A stretch of DNA of 64,000 bases from Aestuariivirga sp. (GTDB lineage Bacteria > Pseudomonadota > Alphaproteobacteria > Rhizobiales > Aestuariivirgaceae). The position numbers were made by a program, and so were the translations under genes. The notes under the pieces are model-generated. The model saw only the letters and a list, made by a program, of their open reading frames with translations, was not told where the DNA came from and did no database searches. Position 1 is the stretch's first letter. The number at the start of each line of letters is the position of its first letter. Shown in pieces: positions 1-10,345 of this stretch. Location: the NCBI RefSeq assembly GCF_046093005.1, contig NZ_JBJTER010000089.1, positions 9,816 through 73,815 of the forward strand. Reading direction: 5' to 3'.

Positions 1-578
1 CGACTGATGTGCTCGGCCTTTATGGTTGCGGCCTGCGAGAGCTCGCCCTGCTCCTCGGCGGAGGCGGAAAGCGCCCACTGGCTCAGCGCCGCCACCAGCG
101 TCAGCACCCCCGCGCCCACCAGAGTGAGCCAGAACAGGTGCGGATGAACGAAGTACATCATGGCGATGAACAGGCCCGCGAAGGGCAGGTCGAGGATGGC
201 GATCAGGGCCCGCGAGGAAATGAAGGCCCTGAGCGAGGCAATGTCGCGAAGCGGCTGCATGCCATGCGCGGCCGTGGACCCCTTGCGCAGCACAATGCGC
301 ATCGCGGTGTCGCTGAGCCGCACCTCGAAGCGCTGCGCCGCGCGGTTGGCGACGAGGCTGCGGGCCACATCAAGCAGCGATGTGGCGAGGAGGGCGGCCG
401 CCATCATGACGGAAAGGTAGATCAGCGTGTCGGTGCTGCGCGACGGCAGAACGCGGTCATAAACCTGGATCGAATAGATCGATTGCGCCAGCAGCAAGAT
501 ATTGATGCCGGCCGAAAACAAAGCCAGCATCGCGATGGCCCGCCAGAACGCGCTTTTCACCTTGCCGAGCGTATCCAT
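1..578 (-). CDS. Type I secretion system ABC transporter/ATPase, PrtD family (5' part; runs off the window)
   Basis: Manual translation from ATG at 578: MDTLGKVKSAFWRAIAMLALFSAGINILLLAQSIYSIQVYDRVLPSRSTDTL... The Y-x-x-QVYDRVL-x-S-x-S motif and later PLRD and LDLPF motifs are PrtD hallmarks. Absent from the ORF track because there is no stop codon in the window. Confidence 0.82.
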   Translation of the reverse strand, partial: MDTLGKVKSAFWRAIAMLALFSAGINILLLAQSIYSIQVYDRVLPSRSTDTLIYLSVMMAAALLATSLLDVARSLVANRAAQRFEVRLSDTAMRIVLRKGSTAAHGMQPLRDIASLRAFISSRALIAILDLPFAGLFIAMMYFVHPHLFWLTLVGAGVLTLVAALSQWALSASAEEQGELSQAATIKAEHIS

Positions 579-828
579 TCCCCTATCCCGCCAGTCTAGA
601 TCAAAGGCCGTTCGCGGCCGTCCCGTGAGCCGCGAACTCCCGCCGCACGATCCGGAACAGGGGCGATTGTCGCGCGCACACGTTACCGGGAAGTTCCAGT
701 CTGGCCGCGAACGGCGTAAAAACGCGCCGGTAATGCTGACGAATTATGAAGAATGCCGCTCGACTTGATCTGACTGGCTCTACCTGGTCAAAACCATGTT
801 GCCGAAGCGTTGCGTCAAAAGGGTGTCG

Positions 829-1584
829 TCACGCCTTGCTGCGGAACGGCTTGGCGTTGATCTTGGTCTGGTGCCCGGCATGGGCCTTGCCGCCGGAGAC
901 GAAGGCGCCGCGGAAATACTCTTTCTGCCAGCCTTGCGCGACAGCGCCGGGGTCGTTCCTCGATAAGTCTTCCAGAAACTTGAGCCGCGAGTCCCGGGCG
1001 CTCTCGAAATCGCGCTTCACGTCGGGATAGGAGTCGATCGCCGCGAGTTCGGTTGTCACGCTGTCCACAATGCCGCGCGGAACGGGAAAAAAATGGCAAA
1101 TCGGCTCGTCGCGTTCGAAGCGCACTTTGTGGCCAGGCCGGGTCATCTTCCAGTTCATCGTGAAAGTGAAGGGCGACCAATCCGTTTCCACAATCCCGGT
1201 GAGCGCCTGGATGCCGTCCTTGAAGTAGTTGACCGGCCCGCCGATCCACAGGTTGACGCCGGGGTCGGTGCGTAACAGACAGTGAATGCTGAACGTAACG
1301 ATGCCCTCCCCGAAATGGCTCATCACGAAGCTGCGGGAGCCTGACTGCGTGGCAATCCTCAGGTCCTCGATGCGCTTACCGCCGTTCCAGATGATCTCGC
1401 AGGTGTCCTTGAACAGAATTTCCCAGCCATGGGAATTGGCGATCAGCAGCGGCAGGCAGCGGGCGGCAAAGCGCTGCGGCGTGGCGTCAATCCAGCTTCG
1501 TTCGGCTGGCGCCGGGCGGACATCGAATGCGGCGCCGGTCTCCGGCGGAGAAAAAGTCAAACATCTGATTTTCATGTCCGTCAC
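829..1584 (-). CDS. DUF6065-family protein
   Basis: RPAPAERSWIDATPQRFAARCLPLLIANSHGWE and GIVETDWSPFTFTMNW match my recollection of this family. Confidence 0.7.
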   Translation of the reverse strand: MTDMKIRCLTFSPPETGAAFDVRPAPAERSWIDATPQRFAARCLPLLIANSHGWEILFKDTCEIIWNGGKRIEDLRIATQSGSRSFVMSHFGEGIVTFSIHCLLRTDPGVNLWIGGPVNYFKDGIQALTGIVETDWSPFTFTMNWKMTRPGHKVRFERDEPICHFFPVPRGIVDSVTTELAAIDSYPDVKRDFESARDSRLKFLEDLSRNDPGAVAQGWQKEYFRGAFVSGGKAHAGHQTKINAKPFRSKA

Positions 1585-1733
1585 GCTGCTTCAACACGAT
1601 GCCCCATGCCGCTGAGCCTTACATCAGTTAGGACCGGCATGGAATATCTCCCGTGGCCCGCCACCGCTGGCAAGACCGGTGACAAGAAATGATGGCCGTG
1701 GAATACTGCGCCAAACCGAGGAAAGAGGCCGCC

Positions 1734-2861
1734 ATGAAAACCCGTGCCGCCGTTGCCTTCGAGGCGGGAAAGCCGCTCGAAATCGTCGATGTCGATCTGG
1801 AGGGGCCCAAGGCCGGCGAAGTGCTGGTCGAGGTGAAGGCCACCGGCGTCTGCCACACCGATGAATTCACGCTTTCGGGCGCCGATCCGGAAGGCTTGTT
1901 TCCGGCGATCCTCGGCCATGAAGGTGCCGGCGTCGTCGTCGACGTGGGGCCCGGCGTCACCTCCTTGAAGGCGGGCGATCACGTCATCCCGCTCTATACG
2001 CCGGAATGCCGCCAGTGCCCGTCCTGCCTGTCGCGCAAGACCAATCTGTGCACGGCGATCCGCGCCACCCAGGGCCAGGGCGTGATGCCGGACGGCACCT
2101 CGCGCTTTTCCTATCGTGGCCGCAAGGTCCATCACTACATGGGCTGCTCCACCTTCTCCAACTTTACTGTGCTGCCGGAGATCGCGCTCGCCAGGGTGAA
2201 CGCGGCCGCGCCATTTGACAAGATCTGTTACATCGGCTGCGGCGTCACCACCGGGGTGGGGGCGGTGCTCAACACCGCGCAGGTCGAGGCGGGGGCCACC
2301 GCCATCGTCTTCGGCCTTGGCGGCATCGGTCTCAATGTCATCCAGGGTCTGAGGCTGGCGGGCGCCGACATGATCATCGGCGTCGACATCAATGAGTCCA
2401 AGAAGCCCTGGGGCGAGCGCTTCGGGATGACGCATTTCGTCAATCCTGCGGCGATCGAGGGTGATCTCGTTCCCTATCTGGTGAACATGACCAAGCGCGG
2501 CGCAGACCAGATCGGCGGCGCTGACTACACCTTCGACTGCACCGGCAATGTGAAGGTGATGCGCATGGCGCTCGAATCCTGCCACCGCGGCTGGGGCCAG
2601 TCGATCATCATCGGCGTGGCCGGCGCCGGGCAGGAGATTTCAACCCGCCCGTTCCAGCTGGTGACGGGCCGCGTGTGGAAAGGCACGGCCTTCGGCGGCG
2701 CCCGCGGCCGCACCGACGTGCCGAAGATCGTCGACTGGTACATGGCGGGCAAGATCGAGATCGATCCGATGATCACCCACACCATGCCGCTGGAGCAGAT
2801 CAACACCGCCTTCGACCTCATGCATGAAGGCAAATCGATCCGCAGCGTGATTGTGTTCTAG
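1734..2861 (+). CDS. frmA: S-(hydroxymethyl)glutathione dehydrogenase / class III alcohol dehydrogenase
   Basis: MKTRAAVAF start, GVCHTD and GHEGAG Zn ligands, structural Zn motif C-x2-C-x2-C-x7-C, GLGGIG Rossmann motif, [11 protein letters not shown]. Confidence 0.96.
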   Translation: MKTRAAVAFEAGKPLEIVDVDLEGPKAGEVLVEVKATGVCHTDEFTLSGADPEGLFPAILGHEGAGVVVDVGPGVTSLKAGDHVIPLYTPECRQCPSCLSRKTNLCTAIRATQGQGVMPDGTSRFSYRGRKVHHYMGCSTFSNFTVLPEIALARVNAAAPFDKICYIGCGVTTGVGAVLNTAQVEAGATAIVFGLGGIGLNVIQGLRLAGADMIIGVDINESKKPWGERFGMTHFVNPAAIEGDLVPYLVNMTKRGADQIGGADYTFDCTGNVKVMRMALESCHRGWGQSIIIGVAGAGQEISTRPFQLVTGRVWKGTAFGGARGRTDVPKIVDWYMAGKIEIDPMITHTMPLEQINTAFDLMHEGKSIRSVIVF

Positions 2862-3709
2862 CGTGTGGCGGCCAGCATCACCGCGGTCGCATCATCGGCC
2901 GGTTTGAAGCGCGGGTGGCGCAGGCAGCCGGGGTCGCTGGCCTCGGTGGCCCGCACCAGCTCCAGCACCTTAGCCACGCTCGCCGCGCTGGCATCCATGA
3001 GCCGGGCGTCGTCCATCAGCCCATAGGTGTCCACGGCGCGGTAATAGCCATCGGTGCAGAGCAGCGTCTGATCGGGCCAGCCGAGCTCCACGATCTCCGG
3101 CATTGCCAGCGCGTCACGGCTGCATTCGAGAACGCTGTAGCCGTCCGGACGGTTGCGCCGGGCGCGCGATTCCCGCAGTTGCGGCGCGAATTCAGCGAGC
3201 AGGGCCTTGACGTCGAACACGCCTTGCTGGCGGCGCTTGTGGGCCTCGCGGGCCAGCCAGTGATCGAAGCTGTTGTTGGGCGAGGCTGCGAGGATCAGGC
3301 CGCCGCCGCCCGCCTGGCGGGTGAGCAGGCAGGAATCGCCCAGCCGCAGGCATTGCCAGCCACCGGCGTAGCGCTTGACCAGCACCAGGCAGGCGGCCGG
3401 CGGATCATAATCGCGCGGCAGGTCCAGGCTGGCCGCCGCCGCCGCCCAGTCGGCCATCAGCCGGGCGACAAGCTCATGCAGCAGGGTGTCAGGCGCGATG
3501 CCGCGCGGGGCCAACTCAGCCAGATGAGCCTGCGCGCAAGCCACCAGCCATTGCGCATCGCTTCCGGCAGAGAGGTGATTGCGCGGATTGATGCCGGTCA
3601 CCCCGTCCAGGATCCATGCGGCCGAGACGTTTCCCGGGTCTCCGGCATAGCCGAAGCCGTCTTCGTTGACCGTACCGCTGCCCTGGCTCACGGCGCCCAG
3701 AAGCTTCAT
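2858..3709 (-). CDS. PP2C-like (PPM) phosphatase-domain protein
   Basis: Metal-binding motifs NED, WILDG, LGD, LLCTDG and C-terminal DDATAV. Confidence 0.6.
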   Translation of the reverse strand: MKLLGAVSQGSGTVNEDGFGYAGDPGNVSAAWILDGVTGINPRNHLSAGSDAQWLVACAQAHLAELAPRGIAPDTLLHELVARLMADWAAAAASLDLPRDYDPPAACLVLVKRYAGGWQCLRLGDSCLLTRQAGGGGLILAASPNNSFDHWLAREAHKRRQQGVFDVKALLAEFAPQLRESRARRNRPDGYSVLECSRDALAMPEIVELGWPDQTLLCTDGYYRAVDTYGLMDDARLMDASAASVAKVLELVRATEASDPGCLRHPRFKPADDATAVMLAATR

Positions 3710-3842
3710 GATTCCGCCCCATGATGTCTCTGACACGACTCATCGCTGAGGAGCCGGCCTGTTGCAAGCCTGCTGCGCGCCCGCGCGCTGTCCTTGCGCG
3801 AAAGGCATTTTCGTGGTGATTTCCCTTACGAAAGGGCGTGGC

Positions 3843-4577
3843 ATGATTTGTGAAATCTGCGTCGACTCAGCTGAAGGCGTCGCCGCCGCGAAGGCGGCGG
3901 GCGCCGCGCGGGTTGAGCTTTGCGCCAGCCTGATCGAGGGTGGCATCACGCCGAGCCGCGGCATGATCCGCGCGGCGCGCAAGGTGCCGGGCATCAAGCT
4001 CCACGTGATCATCCGGCCGCGCGGCGGCGACTTTCTGTTCAGCGATGCCGAATTCGCGGCGATAGCCGCCGACATCGCCTGCGCCAAAGAGGAGGGGGCC
4101 GATGGCGTGGTGATCGGCCAACTGACCGCCGATGGCCTCATCGACGTGCCCCGCACCCGGGAGCTGATGGCGCTGGCAAGGCCGATGGCCATTACGTTCC
4201 ACCGCGCCTTCGACATGACGCCAGACCCGTTCGCGGCGCTTGAAACGCTGATCGAACTCGGCGTCGACCGGGTTCTCACATCGGGCCAGGAGGCGAGCGT
4301 GCTCGAAGGCCTGCCGCTGATCGCCGCGCTGATCGAGAGGGCGGGAGACCGCATCATCGTCATGCCGGGCGGCGGCATCACGGCGCGCAATGTGGCGCGC
4401 ATCGTCGCCGTCGCGCAGCCGAAGGAGATTCATTTCGCGGCGCTGGAACTGGAAGCCGGCGGCATGCGGTTCCGGCGCGGGCATGTGTTCATGGGCGGCG
4501 AACTTCGGCCGCCCGAATATGACCGGCTGATGACATCGGAAACGGCGATCCGGTCGGTGATCGGACAAGCGGGCTAG
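3843..4577 (+). CDS. cutC: CutC-family TIM-barrel protein (annotated copper homeostasis)
   Basis: EICVDS, RVELC, GGITPS, IIRPRGGDF, TFHRAFD, RVLTSG, MPGGG. Confidence 0.92.
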   Translation: MICEICVDSAEGVAAAKAAGAARVELCASLIEGGITPSRGMIRAARKVPGIKLHVIIRPRGGDFLFSDAEFAAIAADIACAKEEGADGVVIGQLTADGLIDVPRTRELMALARPMAITFHRAFDMTPDPFAALETLIELGVDRVLTSGQEASVLEGLPLIAALIERAGDRIIVMPGGGITARNVARIVAVAQPKEIHFAALELEAGGMRFRRGHVFMGGELRPPEYDRLMTSETAIRSVIGQAG

Positions 4578-4592
4578 CAGCAGGAGGACACG

Positions 4593-6071
4593 ATGGCGCA
4601 AGCGCAGGACCTGGCAAGAACCGAATCGGCGGCCGCCCTGGCGGGCCGTATCCGGCGCCGGGAGGTTTCGCCCGTCGAGGTGATGGACGCCGCCATCGCC
4701 CGCATCGAGGCGCATAACCACAAGATCAACGCGCTCATCATTCTGCATCTCGACCAGGCGCGGGAGGCGGCGAAACAGGCCGAGGCGGCGGTGATGCGCG
4801 GCGATGAGCTGGGGCCGCTGCACGGCGTGCCGGTGGCCATGAAGGACTGTTTCGACTTCAAGCCGGGCTGGGTTTGCACCTTCGGCGGCGTGCGGGCGCT
4901 CAAGAACTGGACGGCGGATTTCCACTGCGTCTGGGCCGAGCGCATGGAGAAGGCGGGCGCCATCATCGTCGGCAAGACCAACAGCCCGGTGTTCGGCTTC
5001 CGCGGCACCTGCGACAATTACATGTATGGGCCGTCGCGCAATCCCTTCAATCTCGACAAGAACACCGGCGGTTCGTCCGGCGGCAGCGCCGGAGCGGTGG
5101 CGGCGGGTCTGTTGCCCATATGCGAGGGCACCGATGGCGGCGGCTCCACCCGCATTCCCTCGGCCTGGAGCGGCACCTATGGCTACAAGGCCTCGTTCGG
5201 CCGCGTGCCGCTGGTGTCGCGGCCCGATGCCTTTGGCAACATGACGCCGTTCATTTTCGAAGGCCCCATCACCCGTACCGTCGAGGACGCCGCCCTCGCC
5301 ATGTCGGCGCTGCAGGGCTATGATTCGCGTGACCCTTTCGCGCTCGAAGGCCAGGTGGATTTCATCGGCGCGCTCGGCGCTTCGATCAAGGGAAAGCGCA
5401 TCGCCTATACCCGCGATTATGACGTCTTCCCGGTCGACAAGCGGGTGACCGCGGTCACCGACAAGGCGGTGGACGCGCTGCGCGCGGCGGGCGCCATCGT
5501 CGAAGAGGTGAAGATCGGCATCAAGCACTCGCATATGGAGCTGAGCGAGGCCTGGTGCCGCTTCTGCGCGGCGAAACAGGTGGTGGTGCTGGAAGGCTTC
5601 AAGCGCCAGGGCATCGACATTCAGCGCGATCACCATGACGACATGCCGCCCGAATTCTGGCACTGGGACGCGATCGGCCGGAAGATGACGGCGGTCGACT
5701 GGCTCAATGACCAGGCGATCCGCACCGGGGTTTATGATGCGCTGCGGCGGGTGTTCGACAAATATGATTTGCTGGTGGCGCCCACGCTCTCCTGCCTGGC
5801 GGTTGACAACGCCACCGACGGCAACACGCTGGGGCCCGCGGAGGTCAATGGCGAGAAGATCAACCGGCTGATCGGCTGGTGCATGACCTTCCTGATCAAC
5901 TTCAATGGCCATCCGGCCGCTTCCTGCCCGGCGGGCCTCGCCGAAAACGGCTTGCCGGTGGGGCTGCAGATCGCCGGCCGGCGCTATGACGATCATGGCG
6001 TGATCGCGGCCAGCGCCGCATTGGAGCGGGTGAGGCCGTGGATGGACAGCTATCGCATGATCAGGGTTTGA
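4593..6071 (+). CDS. Amidase-signature family amidohydrolase
   Basis: GPLHGVPVAMKD (catalytic Lys), GGSSGGS, TDGGGSTRIPS (Ser-cisSer-Lys triad). Confidence 0.92.
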   Translation: MAQAQDLARTESAAALAGRIRRREVSPVEVMDAAIARIEAHNHKINALIILHLDQAREAAKQAEAAVMRGDELGPLHGVPVAMKDCFDFKPGWVCTFGGVRALKNWTADFHCVWAERMEKAGAIIVGKTNSPVFGFRGTCDNYMYGPSRNPFNLDKNTGGSSGGSAGAVAAGLLPICEGTDGGGSTRIPSAWSGTYGYKASFGRVPLVSRPDAFGNMTPFIFEGPITRTVEDAALAMSALQGYDSRDPFALEGQVDFIGALGASIKGKRIAYTRDYDVFPVDKRVTAVTDKAVDALRAAGAIVEEVKIGIKHSHMELSEAWCRFCAAKQVVVLEGFKRQGIDIQRDHHDDMPPEFWHWDAIGRKMTAVDWLNDQAIRTGVYDALRRVFDKYDLLVAPTLSCLAVDNATDGNTLGPAEVNGEKINRLIGWCMTFLINFNGHPAASCPAGLAENGLPVGLQIAGRRYDDHGVIAASAALERVRPWMDSYRMIRV

Positions 6072-6164
6072 GTTGCGCCGATATTGTCGGCGCGGTGTTT
6101 TTGTGACAGTTTTCTGCGGAGAAGGCCCTGCCGATGACAAGAGGGCCACAAACGGGAGGTAAGA

Positions 6165-7541
6165 ATGAGCATTCGGAAAGAGAAAGAACTTCTTCTGCAG
6201 GCGTCCTCGCGCGAGGCCCTGCGGCGCGGTGAGATCGACCGCCGCGAATTCCTGGCGCGCAGCCTGATGGCCGGCCTCGGCATGGCGGGCGTCGGCGTTG
6301 TGGGCAAGAGCAGCATCATGCCGGCGCTGGCCCAGGACCGGCCGCTGACGCCGACCTTCTACCAGTGGATTCAGGACCTTCATCCCAGCATCCCGAAGGT
6401 CAATGAGCGCTTCCCCGGCATCAATTACCAGATCGCGCCGGTCGAAGGCTTCGGCATCGAGCGTTTCGTGGCCGAGGCAAAGAACGGCGAATCGACCTGG
6501 GACGTCTATGTGGGCCAGACGCCGTTCGTCGAAATGACGGCGATGATCAAGGCCGGCGTCATCGAGCCGTGGGACGACTACATTCCGAAGGATGTGCTCG
6601 ACGACATGATCCCCTCGATCCGCGCCGAAGGCACGGTTGACGGCAAGCTCTATGGCTGGCCGTTCCTGCTCGATGTGATCGGCAATTCCTGGCACTCCGG
6701 CATCACCGGCAAGGCAGGGCTTCCCGACAAGGCGCCGGAGACCTGGGATGAGCACATGGCCAATGCCAAGGCGGTGGTCGATTCCAAGGCGGCGCCCTAT
6801 GGCGCGGCCTATGACGCGCGCGGCTGGCGCTCGCTGGCGCCGATGACGCATTCGATGAGCACCGATGTCTATACGCCGGAAGGCCTGTTCAACTTCGAGA
6901 GCGACGCGGCGATCTCGGCGCTGCAGCTCATGAAGCAGATCTACGCCATGTCGACGCCGGACCTGCTGCTCGAAGGCTCCTCCGACGGCGGCGTCAACGG
7001 CACGCCGGACGAGGTGGCGGTCGCCGCCCAGCGCGTGGGCTATTATTCCAAATACTTCAACGCGCCGCTGCGCATGGCCCAGTACTGGGACGATCCCAAG
7101 GCGCTGCGGCTCGGGCCCTTGCCGAAATTCGCCAATGGCGAGGGGTCAACGGTGTTCTGGACCACCGGTTGCGCGCTGTTCAAGCACGGCAAGAACAAGG
7201 AGAAGGTGGTCGAGTACATCCGCGCGCTCACCTATGATCCGCAGATCTGGCAGGATTCGATCGTCGGCACGGCGAGCGGGCATCCCGGCCACCTGCCGCC
7301 CTACAAGTCGATCTATGCCGGCTGGGACGCCAACAAGCCGGACTGGATGCCGGAGTTCGTGGGTCTGGTGCGCGGCCAGCTCGACCGCGCCAAGGCCATC
7401 AGCAACCATCTCTTCGGCCTGCAGCAATTCGTGATCGGCAAGCCGATCTGGGATGCTTACCTCAAGGGCGAGGAGACGGACGAAAAGGCGGTGATGAAGA
7501 AAGTCACCGAGGCCGTGCAGGCCGAAATGAACCGCGGCTAG
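6165..7541 (+). CDS. Carbohydrate-type ABC transporter solute-binding protein with Tat signal
   Basis: DRREFL twin-arginine signal, A-x-A cleavage (ALAQ), DGKLYGWP motif; directly upstream of two permeases. Confidence 0.85.
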   Translation: MSIRKEKELLLQASSREALRRGEIDRREFLARSLMAGLGMAGVGVVGKSSIMPALAQDRPLTPTFYQWIQDLHPSIPKVNERFPGINYQIAPVEGFGIERFVAEAKNGESTWDVYVGQTPFVEMTAMIKAGVIEPWDDYIPKDVLDDMIPSIRAEGTVDGKLYGWPFLLDVIGNSWHSGITGKAGLPDKAPETWDEHMANAKAVVDSKAAPYGAAYDARGWRSLAPMTHSMSTDVYTPEGLFNFESDAAISALQLMKQIYAMSTPDLLLEGSSDGGVNGTPDEVAVAAQRVGYYSKYFNAPLRMAQYWDDPKALRLGPLPKFANGEGSTVFWTTGCALFKHGKNKEKVVEYIRALTYDPQIWQDSIVGTASGHPGHLPPYKSIYAGWDANKPDWMPEFVGLVRGQLDRAKAISNHLFGLQQFVIGKPIWDAYLKGEETDEKAVMKKVTEAVQAEMNRG

Positions 7542-7616
7542 TCCGGGATCCGGGGCCTGATGCGCCGGGGCGCGTGCAAGCGCGCTCCGGCCGCCATTCC
7601 GGAAACCTGAACGGCG

Positions 7617-8546
7617 ATGTCCACCGCAAGCCTGACCCATCCTCACCGCGCGCTGGCGCTGCGCCGGGATCTGCTCACCTGGGCGTTCCTGGTGCCGGCG
7701 GTCGCTTTCTTCGTCGGCTATCAGGCCTATCCGATTATCCGGGTGGTGTGGCTCAGCTTCACGGATTTCCAGTATCTGAGCAACGAGCCGGCCAATTTCG
7801 TCGGCTTCGACAATTATGTGTCCGCCCTGAGCGACCCCCTGATGTGGGCCAGCCTGTGGCGCGCCACGCTCTTCACCCTCATGTTCCTGCCCGGCTGCAT
7901 CGTGCTGCCGCTGATCCTCGCCATCCTGATCGACCGGGTGCAGAACCCGGTGCTGGCCACCGTCTACCGGGTGATCCTGCTCATTCCCGCGGTGATTCCC
8001 AGCACGCTCGTCTTCGTGCTGTGGAAGTGGATGTATAATTTCCAGTCCGGCCCGATCAATCATTTCCTGGTCAACACCATGGGCTGGTTCAGCCTGCAGG
8101 ACGCGCCGCAATGGCTGGGCGGCACGGCGCTCACGCTCCCCGCCATCGCCGTCATGGAGGTGTGGTGGGGGCTTGGCTATCACACGATCTACTTCCTCGC
8201 CGGGCTCGCCGCCATACCCAAGGACCTGCCGGAAGCGGCCCGCATCGACGGCGCCAATGAGTGGCAGATGTTCTGGCACGTGACCCTGCCGGGCCTGATG
8301 CCGATCATGATGATCCTGGTGGTGCTGCGATTTGGCACCGCCATGGCGGTGATCGACGAATATCTCATCTTCGGCGGTTTCAACCGCGAGTCGCCAACCT
8401 ACACCTGGACCATCTTCATGTATGACCAGGCCTTCAAGCTGGGCCTGTGGCGCCAGGGTTTCGCCGCCGCCATCGGCATGATCGGCGCCGTGGCGATGAT
8501 GATCGTGATGGTCATCCTCCTGCGCGTTTTCCGGACGCGGGGGTGA
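7617..8546 (+). CDS. CUT1 ABC transporter permease (MalF-like)
   Basis: NFVGFDNY, EAA motif IPKDLPEAARIDGA, multiple TM helices. Confidence 0.92.
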   Translation: MSTASLTHPHRALALRRDLLTWAFLVPAVAFFVGYQAYPIIRVVWLSFTDFQYLSNEPANFVGFDNYVSALSDPLMWASLWRATLFTLMFLPGCIVLPLILAILIDRVQNPVLATVYRVILLIPAVIPSTLVFVLWKWMYNFQSGPINHFLVNTMGWFSLQDAPQWLGGTALTLPAIAVMEVWWGLGYHTIYFLAGLAAIPKDLPEAARIDGANEWQMFWHVTLPGLMPIMMILVVLRFGTAMAVIDEYLIFGGFNRESPTYTWTIFMYDQAFKLGLWRQGFAAAIGMIGAVAMMIVMVILLRVFRTRG

Positions 8547-8551
8547 GGGTG

Positions 8552-9424
8552 ATGAGCCAGTCAGCCGCCAGCGCGAACGCTCAGCCGGGCTGGCTCGCGC
8601 GCAATTATGCCGCCATCATCCGGCACGGCGTCATCTGGTTCTTCATGATCGTCATCCTGCTGCCCTTGTCCTGGGTGCTGATCATGTCGGTGAAATCCAG
8701 GCCCGATGCGATGCGCGGCGATTTCTGGCCGCGGAAATTCGATTTCACCACCTATGCCTATGTGTTCCAGAAGATCGAGACGCTGCCCATCAACATGTGG
8801 AACAGCATCTATGTGACGGCGGCAACCGTGCTGCTCACCACCGCCTGCGCGGTGCTGGCGGGCTATGCGCTCGTCCATATGCGCCCGCGTTTCGGCGGCA
8901 TCGTGGTGGCGGCACTGCTGGCCTCGCTCTATTTCCCCACCCGCGTGGTGTCGATCATCAGCGTCTATGAGATCCAGAGCGGGCTCGGCCTCATCAACAG
9001 CACGACGGGGCTGATCCTGCCCTACATCACCCTCAATCTGGCGATCAGCGTGCTCATCATGCGCAGCGTGTTCCAGTATGTGCCGCATGAGGTGATCGAG
9101 GCGGCGAAGGTCGATGGCGCGGGCCCGTTGCGCACGCTCCTCACCATCGCCCTGCCGATGGCGCGGAACGGCCTCGTGGTGGTGTTCATCGTCAATTTCG
9201 TCACCGCCTGGGGCGAGTTCCTGCTGTGCTCGACGCTCACCAACGATCAGGAGGCGCGCACCATGCCGGTGGTGCTGGCGGGTGCGCAGGGCGGGCTTGG
9301 CCAATGGACCTGGCCAAACCTTGCCGCCGTCTACATGATCGTGGTGACGCCCGGCATCCTGGCCTTCACCTTCGCCCAGAAATTGTTCTTCAAGGGCCTC
9401 GCCGAAGGCGTGGTGAAGGGCTGA
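8552..9424 (+). CDS. CUT1 ABC transporter permease (MalG-like)
   Basis: EAAKVDGAG motif and C-terminal QKLFFKGLAEGVVKG. Confidence 0.92.
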   Translation: MSQSAASANAQPGWLARNYAAIIRHGVIWFFMIVILLPLSWVLIMSVKSRPDAMRGDFWPRKFDFTTYAYVFQKIETLPINMWNSIYVTAATVLLTTACAVLAGYALVHMRPRFGGIVVAALLASLYFPTRVVSIISVYEIQSGLGLINSTTGLILPYITLNLAISVLIMRSVFQYVPHEVIEAAKVDGAGPLRTLLTIALPMARNGLVVVFIVNFVTAWGEFLLCSTLTNDQEARTMPVVLAGAQGGLGQWTWPNLAAVYMIVVTPGILAFTFAQKLFFKGLAEGVVKG

Positions 9425-9472
9425 CGCGCCATCTGGACGGCGGCGGCAAACTGGGCGAAAATCCACATCCTC

Positions 9473-10264
9473 ATGGAATGGCTATCTGGCAATAATTTCC
9501 TCCTGGCGCTTGCCGTCTGCGCCGCGGCAGCGCTGTCGACGGTGATCGGCAGCCTGTTCGTGATATTTTCCAGGGAGCCCAACCCGCGGCTTCTGGCCTT
9601 CGGGCTGGCCTTTTCCGGGGGCGCGATGGTCTATGTCTCGCTCGTTGAGATCTTCTGGAAAGCGGATGCGGGCTTTGCCGCGCTCCATGATCCCAGGACC
9701 GCCTATGTCTATGCCACGCTGGCGTTTTTCGCCGGGGTGCTGGTGCTGATGGCGGTCGACCGGTGGATGCCCAATCCGCATGCCGCGATCACGCCGGGCA
9801 ATGGCGGCGATGAGCACATCAAGCGGCTCGGCGTGCTTGCAGCGCTTGCCATCACCGCCCACAACCTGCCGGAAGGGCTTGCGACGTTCCTTGCCACACT
9901 GGACAATCCGGTGGTGGGCATTTCGCTGGCCGCGGCCATCGCCATTCACAACATCCCGGAAGGCGTGTCGATCGCCATCCCGATCTACTATGCCACGGGC
10001 AGCAAGCGGAAAGCGGTGATCGCCACCGTGCTCTCGGCGCTGGCCGAGCCGGTGGGCGCGCTGATCGGCTATGCCATTCTGGCGCCGTTCCTGGGCCCGG
10101 CTGTGTTCGCCGTGGTGTTCGGCATGATCGCCGGCGCCATGGTGTTTCTGGCGCTCGATGAGTTGCTGCCCACCGCCAAGCGCTATGCCCAGGGCCATGA
10201 GACGGTCTATGGCATGGTCACCGGCATGGCGGCGCTGGCCGCCAGCCTGGTGCTGTTCAAATAG
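9473..10264 (+). CDS. zupT: ZIP-family zinc transporter ZupT
   Basis: AITAHNLPEG and AIAIHNIPEG metal-site motifs; FSGGAMVYVSLVEI. Confidence 0.9.
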   Translation: MEWLSGNNFLLALAVCAAAALSTVIGSLFVIFSREPNPRLLAFGLAFSGGAMVYVSLVEIFWKADAGFAALHDPRTAYVYATLAFFAGVLVLMAVDRWMPNPHAAITPGNGGDEHIKRLGVLAALAITAHNLPEGLATFLATLDNPVVGISLAAAIAIHNIPEGVSIAIPIYYATGSKRKAVIATVLSALAEPVGALIGYAILAPFLGPAVFAVVFGMIAGAMVFLALDELLPTAKRYAQGHETVYGMVTGMAALAASLVLFK

Positions 10265-10293
10265 TCCTGATGCCAGGTCAGAAAGGCATTGCA

Positions 10294-10335
10294 ATTGGTT
10301 CGAAGTCGAACTATATAGTTCGATATCGAACCAAT
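10294..10335. promoter_or_regulatory. 42-bp compound palindrome (two GTTCGA-N2-TCGAAC boxes around TATATA); candidate MarR operator
   Basis: ATTGGTTCGAAGTCGAACTATATAGTTCGATATCGAACCAAT is self-complementary except at the N2 positions and ends 10 bp before the ATG at 10346. Confidence 0.6.
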
Positions 10336-10345
10336 GAGGTGACAC

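Noticed and set aside
9-599. 196-aa plus-strand ORF
   Set aside because: Shadow of the minus-strand prtD-type gene, which has clear motifs.
3867-6851. 994-aa minus-strand ORF, and similar long shadows (9482-11647, 14020-15603, 41862-43799, 44382-46646, 54035-55792, 56264-57892)
   Set aside because: Antisense to clearly recognisable genes, Arg/Gly/His-rich and motif-free; an expected artefact of high GC and codon bias.
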